64,000 bases of DNA from an uncultured Bacteroidota bacterium (GTDB taxonomy: Bacteria > Bacteroidota > Bacteroidia > Chitinophagales > Chitinophagaceae): positions 694-64,693 of the forward strand of contig CALLKA010000149.1 of the NCBI GenBank assembly GCA_938008665.1, read 5' to 3'. The notes beneath the pieces are model-generated. The model ran no database searches and was not told where the DNA came from. It saw only the letters and a list, made by a program, of their open reading frames with translations. Positions 1 through 10,943 of this stretch are shown piece after piece. Positions within the stretch are counted from its first letter, which is position 1, and every line of letters starts with the position of its first letter. Position numbers and translations under genes: made by a program.

Positions 1-1528
1 TTTTTTTTATGGACGACAACATGATATCCCGAATATGCAAATTTTCACTAATCACATTCGATTTAATGATAAAATATTTAGTATCCCAGAAATTGAAAAA
101 AATTATTCTAACACCCCTGTAAAAAGTAAAATGGCAGTTGCTTGGATGCGCTCCTTAATTGAATATGCGCAGTCTATTGGCCTCCGTGTTCAAGTATCTA
201 TTGAGCCAAGGTCAAAAGGGGATATTCCCCTAATTACACGCACTGTAAAGTCGGTCATTAATAACTACCCAAGTATAGATGAACTCGAATTAATCACTGA
301 AGAAATGGGTGGTTGGGGTAATGCAACTACTAGAGAACAAGTAAATAAAATTGCGGTTGCACAATTTGGCGAAAGTATACTTCAAGATACAATGGTGACA
401 AACGTCATTAAAAATAGTCAACCCGATTTAGATGTGTTATTTTTTCAATTAGGACGAAACATAACAGCACTAAAATTACTTGAAAGAGATCATGAAATCA
501 GTTCACGTTCAATTAAATTGAATTTAGGAATTTATTGTGTCATCAATGATTATACGAAAGTTGCATTTTATATCGCTAAAAAATATTTACCTAACAATAC
601 GATTGCTATTATGCCTGGTCATGGCAGTAAAAGAGTTGCGAACTATTTGCCTAATTTAATACCAATTAAATCGCAAATTGCACCTACTACAATTTATTCG
701 TGGATTGAATTTGATGGACTTATGTTTACGCAGCAAAATGCTAATGAAGGCATATATGATTTAATGAAGTATCTAAAAGTATCAAATGGGGCGCAACAGC
801 AAAATACAATTTTATTTAATCATTGGAGAACTGCCGAAAACAGAACCTCAGCTAGATATGCAGCTTTAAATACTTTATATGGTCCTATTCCGCAATTAGA
901 TTTTTATAAGCAGTATGCAGAAAAGCTCCAAATTAATAATGTCGTAGCTTATGCGCAAGCGATGCAGTTGTTAGAGAAAATTGATTGGCTAGCTACCAAC
1001 GACTTACCCAATATCGGCTTTTGTTGGGTAGGTGCATGGCGCGAAGGCGGTCCCTATACTTGGATAAACAGTAAGACCTTAAAGAATGTACAAGGGTTAT
1101 ATAGTGAGGTTAATTATAATTTAAAAAAGGCAATGTATAATGTTGGCAGTACATCGGGTAGCAATTACTTAACTTTTTTATTAAATAGATCAGAAGCTTC
1201 AAAATTATATTTAGATGCTTTTGAGAAAGGAATACAGGTTCAAAATATAAAACAAGATAGTGCAGGAAAATTCTCTACAGCGCAACAACTTAGCGCTAGC
1301 GTAATTTGCAATGATGCACTTACTATTTTTAATAAATATTTACAGAAACATGTGGAACTGATGCCTGATCGTGGTTGCGAAGGCACACTCATCAATTTTT
1401 GGCATGCTCCTATTTATGGATTAAAAGTGATAAGATATAAATACGCTGGTATTCCAATTGATGCTGATCCAGTAATTGATAATAGAAAAGACGCACCGCC
1501 GTTACCTATTTATTTTAAAAAAAATTAG
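1..1528 (+). CDS. Hypothetical protein, 5'-truncated by the window edge; possibly a carbohydrate-active enzyme given its context
   Basis: The frame is open from base 2 (FFYGRQHDIPNMQIF...), so the true start is probably upstream of the window. No family motif recognised; it converges on the GH95-like gene. Confidence 0.6.
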   Translation, partial: FFYGRQHDIPNMQIFTNHIRFNDKIFSIPEIEKNYSNTPVKSKMAVAWMRSLIEYAQSIGLRVQVSIEPRSKGDIPLITRTVKSVINNYPSIDELELITEEMGGWGNATTREQVNKIAVAQFGESILQDTMVTNVIKNSQPDLDVLFFQLGRNITALKLLERDHEISSRSIKLNLGIYCVINDYTKVAFYIAKKYLPNNTIAIMPGHGSKRVANYLPNLIPIKSQIAPTTIYSWIEFDGLMFTQQNANEGIYDLMKYLKVSNGAQQQNTILFNHWRTAENRTSARYAALNTLYGPIPQLDFYKQYAEKLQINNVVAYAQAMQLLEKIDWLATNDLPNIGFCWVGAWREGGPYTWINSKTLKNVQGLYSEVNYNLKKAMYNVGSTSGSNYLTFLLNRSEASKLYLDAFEKGIQVQNIKQDSAGKFSTAQQLSASVICNDALTIFNKYLQKHVELMPDRGCEGTLINFWHAPIYGLKVIRYKYAGIPIDADPVIDNRKDAPPLPIYFKKN

Positions 1529-1536
1529 TATAATTA

Positions 1537-3801
1537 TTACTTAGCCTCCATGATTTTCATGGGAATATTTTTATTGTACTTTTCAAGTACTAATCCTTTT
1601 TGTGGGCTATAATTACCGCTAATTTGTTCGCGTCCTGTTATATTCACCTTAAATTGAACATCCCAATCTTTTGGCCAAGCTGGAAGCATATAAGTATGTC
1701 CCTTTTCACTTTGTACCAGCATGGCTTGTAAAGCGCGCATAGTTATATTTCCATGGTCTTGATCAGGCACCCAGTCATAATTGGGTCCCCAAAATGCAGG
1801 AAAGCGACTACCATTGTGTTTATTGCTAAAGTTAGTACTCACCATTTTTTTTGCTTCCTCCGTTAATCCTAATAAAGCTGCATTCACTGCATCTTGTTGC
1901 CAACCATTAAATGCAAGGTCGTATCGCTTATTAAAAGTATTGATGGCCAATTCCAAATTAGGTTTCTCAATGCCATAAATTCGGTAAGGGAAAACTGAGT
2001 ATAATTGAGGATCCTCAATATTCATTCTTATACCTAAGTTCAATCCTGATGATAATACCCAAGTTCCATCATTTGCTTTTTCTTTTGGTAAAACAGGTAG
2101 CATTCCTAGTAACTGAGTACTATTTTGTTGAAATAATGGGTCTTTAATTACAGCTTTGTATTCCTCTATTTTTAATAGGACCGCATTTAAGCCATCAATT
2201 TCAGGAGCGGGGTTAACCATACCTTCAAAATAGGTTTCTAACGATTGTGCTGGTTGAATAGATAACTTTCCTGAGGGATCCTTTTTATAATGCTGCGAAT
2301 AAAAAGTAACTATTTCTTTAATAAATGGAACAAACTTATTTTCAAATAAAACTTTGTCATTAGTGAATTCATAATAATCAAACATCATCTTGCAAAGTTC
2401 TATCCCGCTTTGCCAATAATACCTAATGTATTTATTTTCTGAAACACCATCTTCATATTTGGATCGATCCCAACCATAATTATCGTTTAAATAACTGCCC
2501 CAGGGTGTCAATGTTTCCGGGAAGTAGGCACCTTCGTGTTTAAAATATTTTTGTGTACGATATTTTGCCAACGGAATTGCATTGATATACATATCAAAAA
2601 AGGGCTTCATTAATGCAAAGTCGCCGCTATAATACATAGTACTATAGGGTATCCTTGTATTTTGGAACCAAAAATTAGCACCCCATAATCTAAAATCAGC
2701 ATCTAATCCAACCTCTTTTTTGTCAACCAAAGTTTCATCAGGCGCGACTGTAAATATGGAGCCATTGAATTTTATGGGCATTCCTCCACGGCCTGAACAT
2801 GCATTCAAATATCTTTGTAATAGATACCCTTGTGTAATTTTGAATGTAGTACTAGGTTCTTGTTTTGAATTAACTATAATATAATGGTTGTTCCAAAATT
2901 GATGCCACCAGTTTAAATGATTTTGGTATTTTTCAATCGCATTTAAATTTTGTATTTGCTTATGTAAGGTAATAATTTCTTTTTTCCATTCATTTATATC
3001 AGGTGTATGTTTTTTTAGAATAGTAATTTGGAAGTTAAACTTGGTAGCAGAAACTTTATTTTCAATTACATATCCATTCTTTTTTGTAAAATTTTCACCA
3101 CTCACAATTGCACCAAAATTTTGATTTAATAAGGGGTCTTTACCAATTGTATTAAAACTTGTTATATTTTGATTATCCAAGGTGAGTTGCCAAACAGAAC
3201 TTTTATTTTGATGCACCCACATTAATGCATTTGGCTGCATCAATACTGTATCCTTTTCTTTCATAAAGGGGGTTTCCCTGAATGCAACTCCATAGCCACT
3301 ATGTCGTTCATGCCCAATTAATTCACTGGATTCCTTTCGCCACATAGCATTGGTCACTTCTACTTGTACAGGAATTGTACTATTTCCTTGCACTTGAATT
3401 ACAGGATGATTCGCATCTATATAACATAAAATATTTACGCTTTGATTTCCTTTGTTTGCTTTTATATGTATAACGCCATCATGTACAATTAGTGTTTGTG
3501 AAAATTGTTTTACATCTAAAATATTGGGTGTGATTTTAACATCCACTTGTCCAATTTTTAATAATCTACCAATTTCACTGTACGCATCTGTTTTAGAGAT
3601 TAGAAAATGAATGGTGCCCAATGTATCTACCCAAACATTGCTACCGATATCTCCATTGCCGATGGGCATGGATCCAAGTTGATTTTTGCTTTGCGACGCA
3701 TACACTACATTGTATGGTGTTAAGGATGGTTGTGCATTACTTATGATGGTTGCAAAAACAAGAAGCGACGTTATAAATAATTTGTTAAACCAGTATTTCA
3801 T
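1537..3801 (-). CDS. DUF5703-domain, GH95-like (alpha/alpha)6 glycoside hydrolase, secreted
   Basis: Signal peptide; N-terminal SMPIGNGDIGSNVW; QRYLNACSGRG..PIKFNGSIF, WFQNTR, PAQSLET and the C-terminal ALQAMLVQ...LPAWPKDW resemble GH95-like enzymes. Confidence 0.7.
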   Translation of the reverse strand: MKYWFNKLFITSLLVFATIISNAQPSLTPYNVVYASQSKNQLGSMPIGNGDIGSNVWVDTLGTIHFLISKTDAYSEIGRLLKIGQVDVKITPNILDVKQFSQTLIVHDGVIHIKANKGNQSVNILCYIDANHPVIQVQGNSTIPVQVEVTNAMWRKESSELIGHERHSGYGVAFRETPFMKEKDTVLMQPNALMWVHQNKSSVWQLTLDNQNITSFNTIGKDPLLNQNFGAIVSGENFTKKNGYVIENKVSATKFNFQITILKKHTPDINEWKKEIITLHKQIQNLNAIEKYQNHLNWWHQFWNNHYIIVNSKQEPSTTFKITQGYLLQRYLNACSGRGGMPIKFNGSIFTVAPDETLVDKKEVGLDADFRLWGANFWFQNTRIPYSTMYYSGDFALMKPFFDMYINAIPLAKYRTQKYFKHEGAYFPETLTPWGSYLNDNYGWDRSKYEDGVSENKYIRYYWQSGIELCKMMFDYYEFTNDKVLFENKFVPFIKEIVTFYSQHYKKDPSGKLSIQPAQSLETYFEGMVNPAPEIDGLNAVLLKIEEYKAVIKDPLFQQNSTQLLGMLPVLPKEKANDGTWVLSSGLNLGIRMNIEDPQLYSVFPYRIYGIEKPNLELAINTFNKRYDLAFNGWQQDAVNAALLGLTEEAKKMVSTNFSNKHNGSRFPAFWGPNYDWVPDQDHGNITMRALQAMLVQSEKGHTYMLPAWPKDWDVQFKVNITGREQISGNYSPQKGLVLEKYNKNIPMKIMEAK

Positions 3802-6017
3802 TATTTTCTGTATGTGTCTTTATATAATCCCATTTTATCAAATGGAATAGGCTGGAAGCCTGGTATTTTTTCAAATACAACTGAATTGCTTTTCAACATA
3901 AAATTCCCATTCTTCATATCCACGAATCCAGGATCTTCATTAGTTTGAAAGTTGTTTTTTTCAGTAGCAGTTGCAAATTCGCCGCCCATTAATTTAACTG
4001 GTTGTGCTGGTCCGCCAATGATTACATTTCCTGAAAATTCATTTCCTCTAGAACGCATACCTTGCCATTCTTTACCTTCAACAATCGGATCAAGATATGG
4101 CAATAGGGATGGGTATCTTGTTGAATAAGGCGGTTGATCAAATTTTACAGACTCGGTTAATCTTTTCCTAAGGATGCCATTTTTTCCATAAAATTCAGCC
4201 GCTTGTGGTTTAGCCCAAGTATAAAATGCAGCAGAAACTACAAAACTATTCGAAAGCGGTTCAATGATTATATTGTTTTTCATTTTTAAATCCCAACCTC
4301 CATTACTAAACAATACTCCATGATTTACTTTTAAATCATAAAATACATTCCCATAAACAGTCACATCAGTGGATGCATCATCACAGTAAATACCCATATT
4401 CATCCTCTTTGGGTTACCAGTGTGATGAAAATAATTATATCGAACAATATTACCACGACTACTTGGGTCTCTTCCAATATACCAAGGGGAGGTATCATCA
4501 GAATTAGTGGTCACATCATGCACATTATTGTATTCAAAAATATGTTCATTTCCATACACAAATATGCCTTGAAATTCTGCATTGTATACCTCGTTATGTG
4601 AAACTATATTTCCACAACCATTCACATTAATGCCTGCCCATAAAAATTTATTTCTCAAATTGTAATCATGTACTTTACAATTATCTACCACATTGTTGCC
4701 ATTGATTAAATTAACTTTACTTCCACCACTTAAAAATATACCGCCACTCCCTGTATTGTATACATCGCAACTTTGAATGCGATGATTGTTCCCTGCCAAT
4801 CGATCCCATCCCGTGTTAGCGTAAATATGATTTTGAAAATCGCCAATCATTCTTGATACTGCTACTCCCTTGTAGTCATCAACAGACATATCCTCTTTTA
4901 ATCTTAAAGCACCTTGCCCCATTACAATTCCTGTATTGCCAATATTTCGTACCGTACATCCAATAATAGTATTATGATTCCCGCGTTCCATATACATTCC
5001 AATACCTCTAGTGGCTTCAAAAGTGATTCCACTAATAATTACGTTACTAACACCTTCCATTGCAATAATGGGTTCTTCAAGCATGGAAACCATGATGGAT
5101 GCATTAGTCATATTCGTTGGAGGCCAGAAATATAAAATACCTGACTTTCTATCCAAATACCATTCTCCTGGCATATCCAATTCCTCAAGTATATTAATAG
5201 CTGCATACTGCTGAAAATCTTTACCGCTTCCTATACCATATAAATGGGGCATGGCTAACTGAACTGTTTTTTGCACAGTATCAATGGTCTTTACATTTAT
5301 ATAATCATCTGCATAGCCATAATTGAAAGTACCACTCAACCATATATCTTCTTGTCCTTGCCATTTGGCGTGTCGTGCATCTGTATATTCAAATTTTCCG
5401 CCTCTATTAGATTTGTCCAAACTTCTTGGAACCGATCCCTTATCGATTACTTTTCCTATTTTGATATATCCTTCATTGGGATATCTAGCAAGGGTCATTG
5501 GATTTCCATTAAAAAATAATTGTAATGGTGCTGGTGTAACTGCAATAGTATGTCCAAATTGCTTATGAGATCCAAAATCAGTTATTCCGATACTTGGCAG
5601 ATGTACCTGTACGATATTTTTAATTGCATTTTGATTTAATCGTTTAGCAATTGCAGCATCTTTTACTTGGGTAAATGAATTTGGTTGTATGTTTTTACCG
5701 CCGGTAATGCTTACTGTTCCTGGTTTTTCTGCTTTCCAAACAATTTCTTTTCCAATTTGACCACTGTCTTGTTCGTTTAATACAAAAGTGCTTGTTAAAT
5801 TATATTGACCAGGCGCAATATGAACGGTTATTCCTTTTGAATTCTTTGCCTTGTTATTTTGAACTAATTTTTGTGCCGCCGTTAAGCTTGCTACGGGGCT
5901 TTCGATACTTCCATTATTTTTATCATTCCCTTTCGTGGATACATAAAAATTTTGTCCAAAAATCGCAGATGAAAAAAATGTCGCGATGATCAAGTAGTTC
6001 AATTTAATAAATTGCAT
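3801..6017 (-). CDS. Right-handed parallel beta-helix protein, GH141-like, secreted
   Basis: N-terminal FYVSTKGND..GS...P motif, LARYPN, ELDMPGEWY, many Asn/Gly beta-helix repeats, GIYCDD. 1-bp overlap with the downstream gene suggests translational coupling. Confidence 0.7.
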   Translation of the reverse strand: MQFIKLNYLIIATFFSSAIFGQNFYVSTKGNDKNNGSIESPVASLTAAQKLVQNNKAKNSKGITVHIAPGQYNLTSTFVLNEQDSGQIGKEIVWKAEKPGTVSITGGKNIQPNSFTQVKDAAIAKRLNQNAIKNIVQVHLPSIGITDFGSHKQFGHTIAVTPAPLQLFFNGNPMTLARYPNEGYIKIGKVIDKGSVPRSLDKSNRGGKFEYTDARHAKWQGQEDIWLSGTFNYGYADDYINVKTIDTVQKTVQLAMPHLYGIGSGKDFQQYAAINILEELDMPGEWYLDRKSGILYFWPPTNMTNASIMVSMLEEPIIAMEGVSNVIISGITFEATRGIGMYMERGNHNTIIGCTVRNIGNTGIVMGQGALRLKEDMSVDDYKGVAVSRMIGDFQNHIYANTGWDRLAGNNHRIQSCDVYNTGSGGIFLSGGSKVNLINGNNVVDNCKVHDYNLRNKFLWAGINVNGCGNIVSHNEVYNAEFQGIFVYGNEHIFEYNNVHDVTTNSDDTSPWYIGRDPSSRGNIVRYNYFHHTGNPKRMNMGIYCDDASTDVTVYGNVFYDLKVNHGVLFSNGGWDLKMKNNIIIEPLSNSFVVSAAFYTWAKPQAAEFYGKNGILRKRLTESVKFDQPPYSTRYPSLLPYLDPIVEGKEWQGMRSRGNEFSGNVIIGGPAQPVKLMGGEFATATEKNNFQTNEDPGFVDMKNGNFMLKSNSVVFEKIPGFQPIPFDKMGLYKDTYRK

Positions 6018-6124
6018 AAAGTATTTTTAAAAATTTATAAAAGTTAAGATTTACGTGGAATTCAATTTTTGCCAATCCAAATATAACGGGCTTTTTGCTA
6101 TCTAAATGATGCTTTATTCAATAT

Positions 6125-6148
6125 GCTAAAAAAGTACATAATTTCGCT
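6125..6148 (+). promoter_or_regulatory. Putative transcription-factor site, copy 1 (GYY-AAAAAAGTA-N9-GCT)
   Basis: GCTAAAAAAGTACATAATTTCGCT; same core and spacing at 13213 and 18316. A TAACTTTA -7-like box ends 40 bp downstream. Confidence 0.55.
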
Positions 6149-6288
6149 TTTGACTTCAAATGTATATCGGTGGTTCTCAATAACTTTAAGCCACTTTTGG
6201 GCTATTCAAAAAAGCTAATGATATCCTTTTTTGGCTAGCATTATAATTGAGCGGTTTTCAGTAACTTTAATTGACGTATTTGCGCGCT

Positions 6289-9200
6289 ATGAAAAAATTA
6301 ATTGCCATTCTTTTTACTTTACTATTTGTTTTTATTTTCTCCGCTTGCGAAAAAATTGATATCCCCGCTGAAGTACAAAATCAAATAGCACAATTACCGG
6401 AAGAAATCGATTATAATTTTGCAGTAAAACAAATTTTATCAGATAAGTGTTTTGCTTGTCATGGGCCCGACGCCAAAAAACAAAAGGCCAATTTAAGATT
6501 AGACATTAGTGAAATTGCATATGCCCATAAGGGGGAAAATGGCTATAAGGCAATTAAGCCAGGTAGTATTGCTAAAAGTGATCTAGTTCGTCGTATACTC
6601 AGTGATGATCCTCATGTTCGAATGCCCACACCTGAATCCAATTTAACACTGACCGCCTATGAAAAAGCGGTATTAATTAAATGGGTGGAGCAGGGCGCAA
6701 AGTACAAACCACACTGGGCTTATGTAGCTCCTGAAAAAGCAGCTATTCCTGACATTTTAAATGCCAATTGGAAAATTAATAATACAGTTGATCCTTTTAT
6801 TTATCAAAAGTTAGAAGAACAAGGTTTAAAACCTGCGCCACAAGCGGATAAGCTAACTTTAATTCGTCGACTTAGTTTTGATATTCGTGGCATTAGTCCT
6901 TCGGTTAAAGAAATCAATGATTTTGTTTCAGATAAAAGTCCAAATGCGTATGAAAATTTAGTAGATCGTTTTTTAGCAAGTGAACATTATGGGGAAAGGA
7001 TGTCGGAGTACTGGCTTGATGTTTCAAGGTTTGCAGATAGTTATGGCTACCTTGATGATAAACATTATGATCAAAGCCCTTGGCGTACATGGGTCATTAA
7101 TGCGTACAATAAAAATTTACCTTTTGATAAATTTATCACTTGGCAATTAGCCGGTGATTTACTGCCAAACGCAACACAGGAGCAGGTTTTGGCTACTGGT
7201 TTTAATCGTAATCACAAACAAAATTCAGAAGCGGGTATCATTGAAGAAGAATTTAGAGTTGAATATGTAACTGATCGCACCAACACCTTGGGAGCATCTG
7301 TAATGGCAACAACACTAGGTTGTGCTAAGTGCCATGATCATAAATATGATCCAGTAAGTCAAAAAGATTATTATTCCTTATTCGCATTTTTTAATAGCAC
7401 TTTTGAAAAAGGCGGACCTAATTATGGAAATGATGATATGGTGGCAGGACCTACTTTGTTACTAACAAAAAAAGAAGAAGAACTAAAAATTCAAAACTTT
7501 AAAAAGTATATCAGTCAATTAGAGTCCGATTATAAATTAAATCAGGATAAAGCGATTACAGCTGCTATACAACAAGGAGATAAAAATATTGAAACATCCC
7601 TCCAAAAAATGGTGTTGGCTAAATTAAGTTTTGATAAAACAAATCAAAAGGATCCCAAGCGTACATTCTTTATTAACGAAGCTGACCCATCTATAAATGC
7701 CAATTTTAGAAATGCAGAATTTGGGCAAGGTATCAGTGGTAAATCATTAAAATATAATGACGAGACCATGGTTGCCTTCCCACCTGAAAAAATTGGAGAT
7801 TTTGAGAGGTACCAGCCATTTTCATTTAGCCTTTGGTTAAAAGTTCCTGAAAATTATCCCTTAGCAACGGTTTTTCACAAGTCGGATTATCATAGATATG
7901 GTTATCAAGGCTATGATTTGGTATTAAAAAATAACCAATTAAATTTTAGGGTAATTCATAATTTTCCGCATGATGCAATTAGTGTTTTGTCGCCACTTCG
8001 TTTAAAAACAAATCAGTGGTATCATATCGCCATTAGCTATAATGGTAATAGTAAGGCAAATGGTGTTGAAATGTTTGTGAATGGTGAAAAACAAACGAAT
8101 CAAGTGGAATATGATCATTTGGTAAAACACATAAAATCATTCTACAGTATACATAAAGGACCAAATTTACCCGGTTTTGTTTTTGGACTTCGGACATTAG
8201 ATCGATCAATGCCTAAGGGCGAAGTAGACGAATTTTATTTATTCAGTAATACATTGAATCAGCCCCAGGCAAAATTTTTATTTCAACAAAAGCAATTCCC
8301 TTTAAAAGGAGAAAAAGAAGATTTCGCAAAGCTGAATCCTTTATTATATGATGCACGAAAGCAATTGGCGGACTTATATGATTCAGTTCAAGAAGTAATG
8401 GTGATGGGTGATTTGCCTAAGCCACGTCCTACTTATGTTTTAAATAGGGGATTGTACACAGATCCAACCACACAAGTATTTCCCAATACACCTAATGCAA
8501 TTTTATCTTTTCCCGATCATTTGCCCAAAAATAGGTACGGATTGGCGCAGTGGTTATTCATGCCCAATCATCCTTTAACCAGTAGAGTCGCAGTGAATAG
8601 AATATGGCAAATGATTTTTGGCAATGGGTTTGTAAAAACATCGGATGATTTTGGTAACCAAGGTGCCATGCCTTCGCATCCTGCTTTATTGGATTATTTG
8701 TCTGTATGGTACCGTGAAAATGGTTGGAATACCAAAGCACTTCAAAAGCTAATATTTATGAGTGCTGTTTACCAACAATCCTCTTTGAACGACGCTATTA
8801 TAGTTAAAAAAGATCCCCAAAATATTTATTTAAGTCGCAGTCCGCGTTATAGGTATCCTGCTGAAATGATTCGTGATAATGCCTTAGCTGTGAGTAATTT
8901 ATTAGTTCAAAAAATTGGCGGCCCTAGTGTTTATCCTTATCAACCTGCTGATTTATGGGAACAGATTACCGATAAAACATGGAGGTATAAATACTTACAA
9001 ACAGAAGGGGAGGGACTATATAGAAAAAGTATTTATACGATTCGTAAGCGAACCACCGTAGTTCCATTTTTACAAATATTTGATGCCGCCGATCGTACAG
9101 TTTGTACAGTGAAACGAACAGTTTCTAGTTCACCTATGCAGTCATTGGCAATGTTGAATAACCCACAAATGATGGAAGCTGCTACACATATTGCATTGAG

Positions 9201-9474
9201 GATGATGAATGAAGCAGGCGCAGTTTTAAAGGACCAATTAAATTTTGGATTTTTTATAATTACTGGAAGATATCCAAATGTAAAAGAAGTAACCTTATTA
9301 GATAAAATGTATGCAACCGAAATGGCTCAATTTACATTGCATCCTGACAAAGCGAATAAATTAATTAATACAGGTTACTTGAAACCTAACACAAGTAATA
9401 AAATTGAACTTGCAAGCTTTGCATCCATTGCAATGGCATTAATGAATACAGATGAATTTTTAACAAGAAAATAA
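6289..9474 (+). CDS. Planctomycete cytochrome c / DUF1549 / LamG / DUF1553 (PSD1) lipoprotein
   Basis: Lipobox-like FSAC after MKKLIAIL (ATG 6289 preferred to TTG 6271); heme motifs CFACH and CAKCH; HYGERMSEYWLDVSRFADS (DUF1549); W.HIAISY (LamG); RVAVNRIWQ..FG.G and AEMIRDNAL (DUF1553). Confidence 0.85.
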   Translation: MKKLIAILFTLLFVFIFSACEKIDIPAEVQNQIAQLPEEIDYNFAVKQILSDKCFACHGPDAKKQKANLRLDISEIAYAHKGENGYKAIKPGSIAKSDLVRRILSDDPHVRMPTPESNLTLTAYEKAVLIKWVEQGAKYKPHWAYVAPEKAAIPDILNANWKINNTVDPFIYQKLEEQGLKPAPQADKLTLIRRLSFDIRGISPSVKEINDFVSDKSPNAYENLVDRFLASEHYGERMSEYWLDVSRFADSYGYLDDKHYDQSPWRTWVINAYNKNLPFDKFITWQLAGDLLPNATQEQVLATGFNRNHKQNSEAGIIEEEFRVEYVTDRTNTLGASVMATTLGCAKCHDHKYDPVSQKDYYSLFAFFNSTFEKGGPNYGNDDMVAGPTLLLTKKEEELKIQNFKKYISQLESDYKLNQDKAITAAIQQGDKNIETSLQKMVLAKLSFDKTNQKDPKRTFFINEADPSINANFRNAEFGQGISGKSLKYNDETMVAFPPEKIGDFERYQPFSFSLWLKVPENYPLATVFHKSDYHRYGYQGYDLVLKNNQLNFRVIHNFPHDAISVLSPLRLKTNQWYHIAISYNGNSKANGVEMFVNGEKQTNQVEYDHLVKHIKSFYSIHKGPNLPGFVFGLRTLDRSMPKGEVDEFYLFSNTLNQPQAKFLFQQKQFPLKGEKEDFAKLNPLLYDARKQLADLYDSVQEVMVMGDLPKPRPTYVLNRGLYTDPTTQVFPNTPNAILSFPDHLPKNRYGLAQWLFMPNHPLTSRVAVNRIWQMIFGNGFVKTSDDFGNQGAMPSHPALLDYLSVWYRENGWNTKALQKLIFMSAVYQQSSLNDAIIVKKDPQNIYLSRSPRYRYPAEMIRDNALAVSNLLVQKIGGPSVYPYQPADLWEQITDKTWRYKYLQTEGEGLYRKSIYTIRKRTTVVPFLQIFDAADRTVCTVKRTVSSSPMQSLAMLNNPQMMEAATHIALRMMNEAGAVLKDQLNFGFFIITGRYPNVKEVTLLDKMYATEMAQFTLHPDKANKLINTGYLKPNTSNKIELASFASIAMALMNTDEFLTRK

Positions 9475-9479
9475 TTGGC

Positions 9480-10943
9480 ATGCACGAATATTTAAAATTA
9501 AAGTACCAACAAAATAGACGCGATTTTTTACGCGGTTCGGCATTAGGCTTAGGCGGTATTGCACTTGGATCTTTGTTGGGCTGTAACAGCAAGCCATCAC
9601 AAAAAATAATTTCGCAAATTTTAGAAGAACAAAATGTTCCATTAGGGTCTCCGCATTTTTTACCCAAAGCAAAAAGGGTCATTTATTTATTTCAAAGTGG
9701 GGGTCCCTCGCAAATGGAATTGTTTGATTATAAACCTAAGTTGTATGAAATGCATGGTCAGGAAATTCCAGCGTCGGTCATGGGAAAGAATAGAATTTCT
9801 GGAATGGTGAATAACCAATATGCATTTCCATTAGCAAAACCTGCGGCAACCTTTAAACAAGCGGGCGCAAATGGAACCTATGTTTCAGATTTAATTCCGC
9901 ATACTGCTTCTATTATCGACGATTTGTGCGTTGTAAGGTCAATGGTCACTGATCAAATTAATCATGAGCCTGCTGTTATTTTCACACAAACAGGTAATCA
10001 ATTAAGTGGCCGTCCTTGTATGGGATCATGGTTGAGCTATGGCTTGGGGAGTATGAATGAAAACTTACCTTCCTTTATTGTCATGTTATCAAAAGGAGGA
10101 GGGGATCAACCAATTTCAAGTGCTGCTTGGAGTAGTGGTTTTTTGCCTTCGCATCATCAAGGGGTTCAATTTATGACAGGAAAGGATCCCATTTTATATT
10201 TGAATACGCCTGATGGGATTGATCGAATGGATCGTCGTCGCGCCCTTGATTTTATTAAAAATTTCAATCAATTGCAAAATGAAAATTTGCATGATCCCGA
10301 AATTGAAAGTCAAATTAATCAAGCGGAAATGGCTTACCGAATGCAATTGGCTATTCCAGATATTGCTGATTTATCCAACGAGCCACAGCATATTTTAGAT
10401 ATGTATGGCGAGGATGTATTAGTGCCAGGAAGTTTTGCGCATAATTGTATTATGGCAAGACGCTTGGCTGAAAAAGATGTTCGTTTTATTCAATTATATC
10501 ATTTAGGTTGGGATCACCATGGTGCACTAGCCTCAGGAATTAAAAGAGCAACCAAACAAACCGATCAAGCATCAGCGGCATTGGTTAAAGATTTAAAACA
10601 ACGCGGATTATTAGATGATACCTTGGTGATTTGGGGTGGTGAATTTGGTCGTACTAGTTTTAGTCAAGGTAAATTAACACCCGAAGGTTTTGGTCGCGAT
10701 CATCATCCTGGCGCTTATTCAATTTGGATGGCAGGTGGTGGTGTTCAACCAGGTTTGGTGTATGGAGAAACGGATGACTTCGCGCACAATGTGGTAAATG
10801 ATAAAGTACATGTGCATGATTTTCAAGCCACATTAATGCATTTGTTAGGCATTGATCACGAAAAATTTATTTTCAAAACGCAAGGCCGACGCTACCGACT
10901 TACCGATGTGTCAGGAAATGTGATACATAATTTAATTGCATGA
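9480..10943 (+). CDS. DUF1501 family protein with Tat-type signal
   Basis: RRDFLR twin-arginine motif; KAKRVIYLFQSGGPSQMELFDYKP, GWDHH, TLVIWGGEFGRT, GRDHH, HVHDFQAT are typical DUF1501 motifs. Confidence 0.88.
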   Translation: MHEYLKLKYQQNRRDFLRGSALGLGGIALGSLLGCNSKPSQKIISQILEEQNVPLGSPHFLPKAKRVIYLFQSGGPSQMELFDYKPKLYEMHGQEIPASVMGKNRISGMVNNQYAFPLAKPAATFKQAGANGTYVSDLIPHTASIIDDLCVVRSMVTDQINHEPAVIFTQTGNQLSGRPCMGSWLSYGLGSMNENLPSFIVMLSKGGGDQPISSAAWSSGFLPSHHQGVQFMTGKDPILYLNTPDGIDRMDRRRALDFIKNFNQLQNENLHDPEIESQINQAEMAYRMQLAIPDIADLSNEPQHILDMYGEDVLVPGSFAHNCIMARRLAEKDVRFIQLYHLGWDHHGALASGIKRATKQTDQASAALVKDLKQRGLLDDTLVIWGGEFGRTSFSQGKLTPEGFGRDHHPGAYSIWMAGGGVQPGLVYGETDDFAHNVVNDKVHVHDFQATLMHLLGIDHEKFIFKTQGRRYRLTDVSGNVIHNLIA

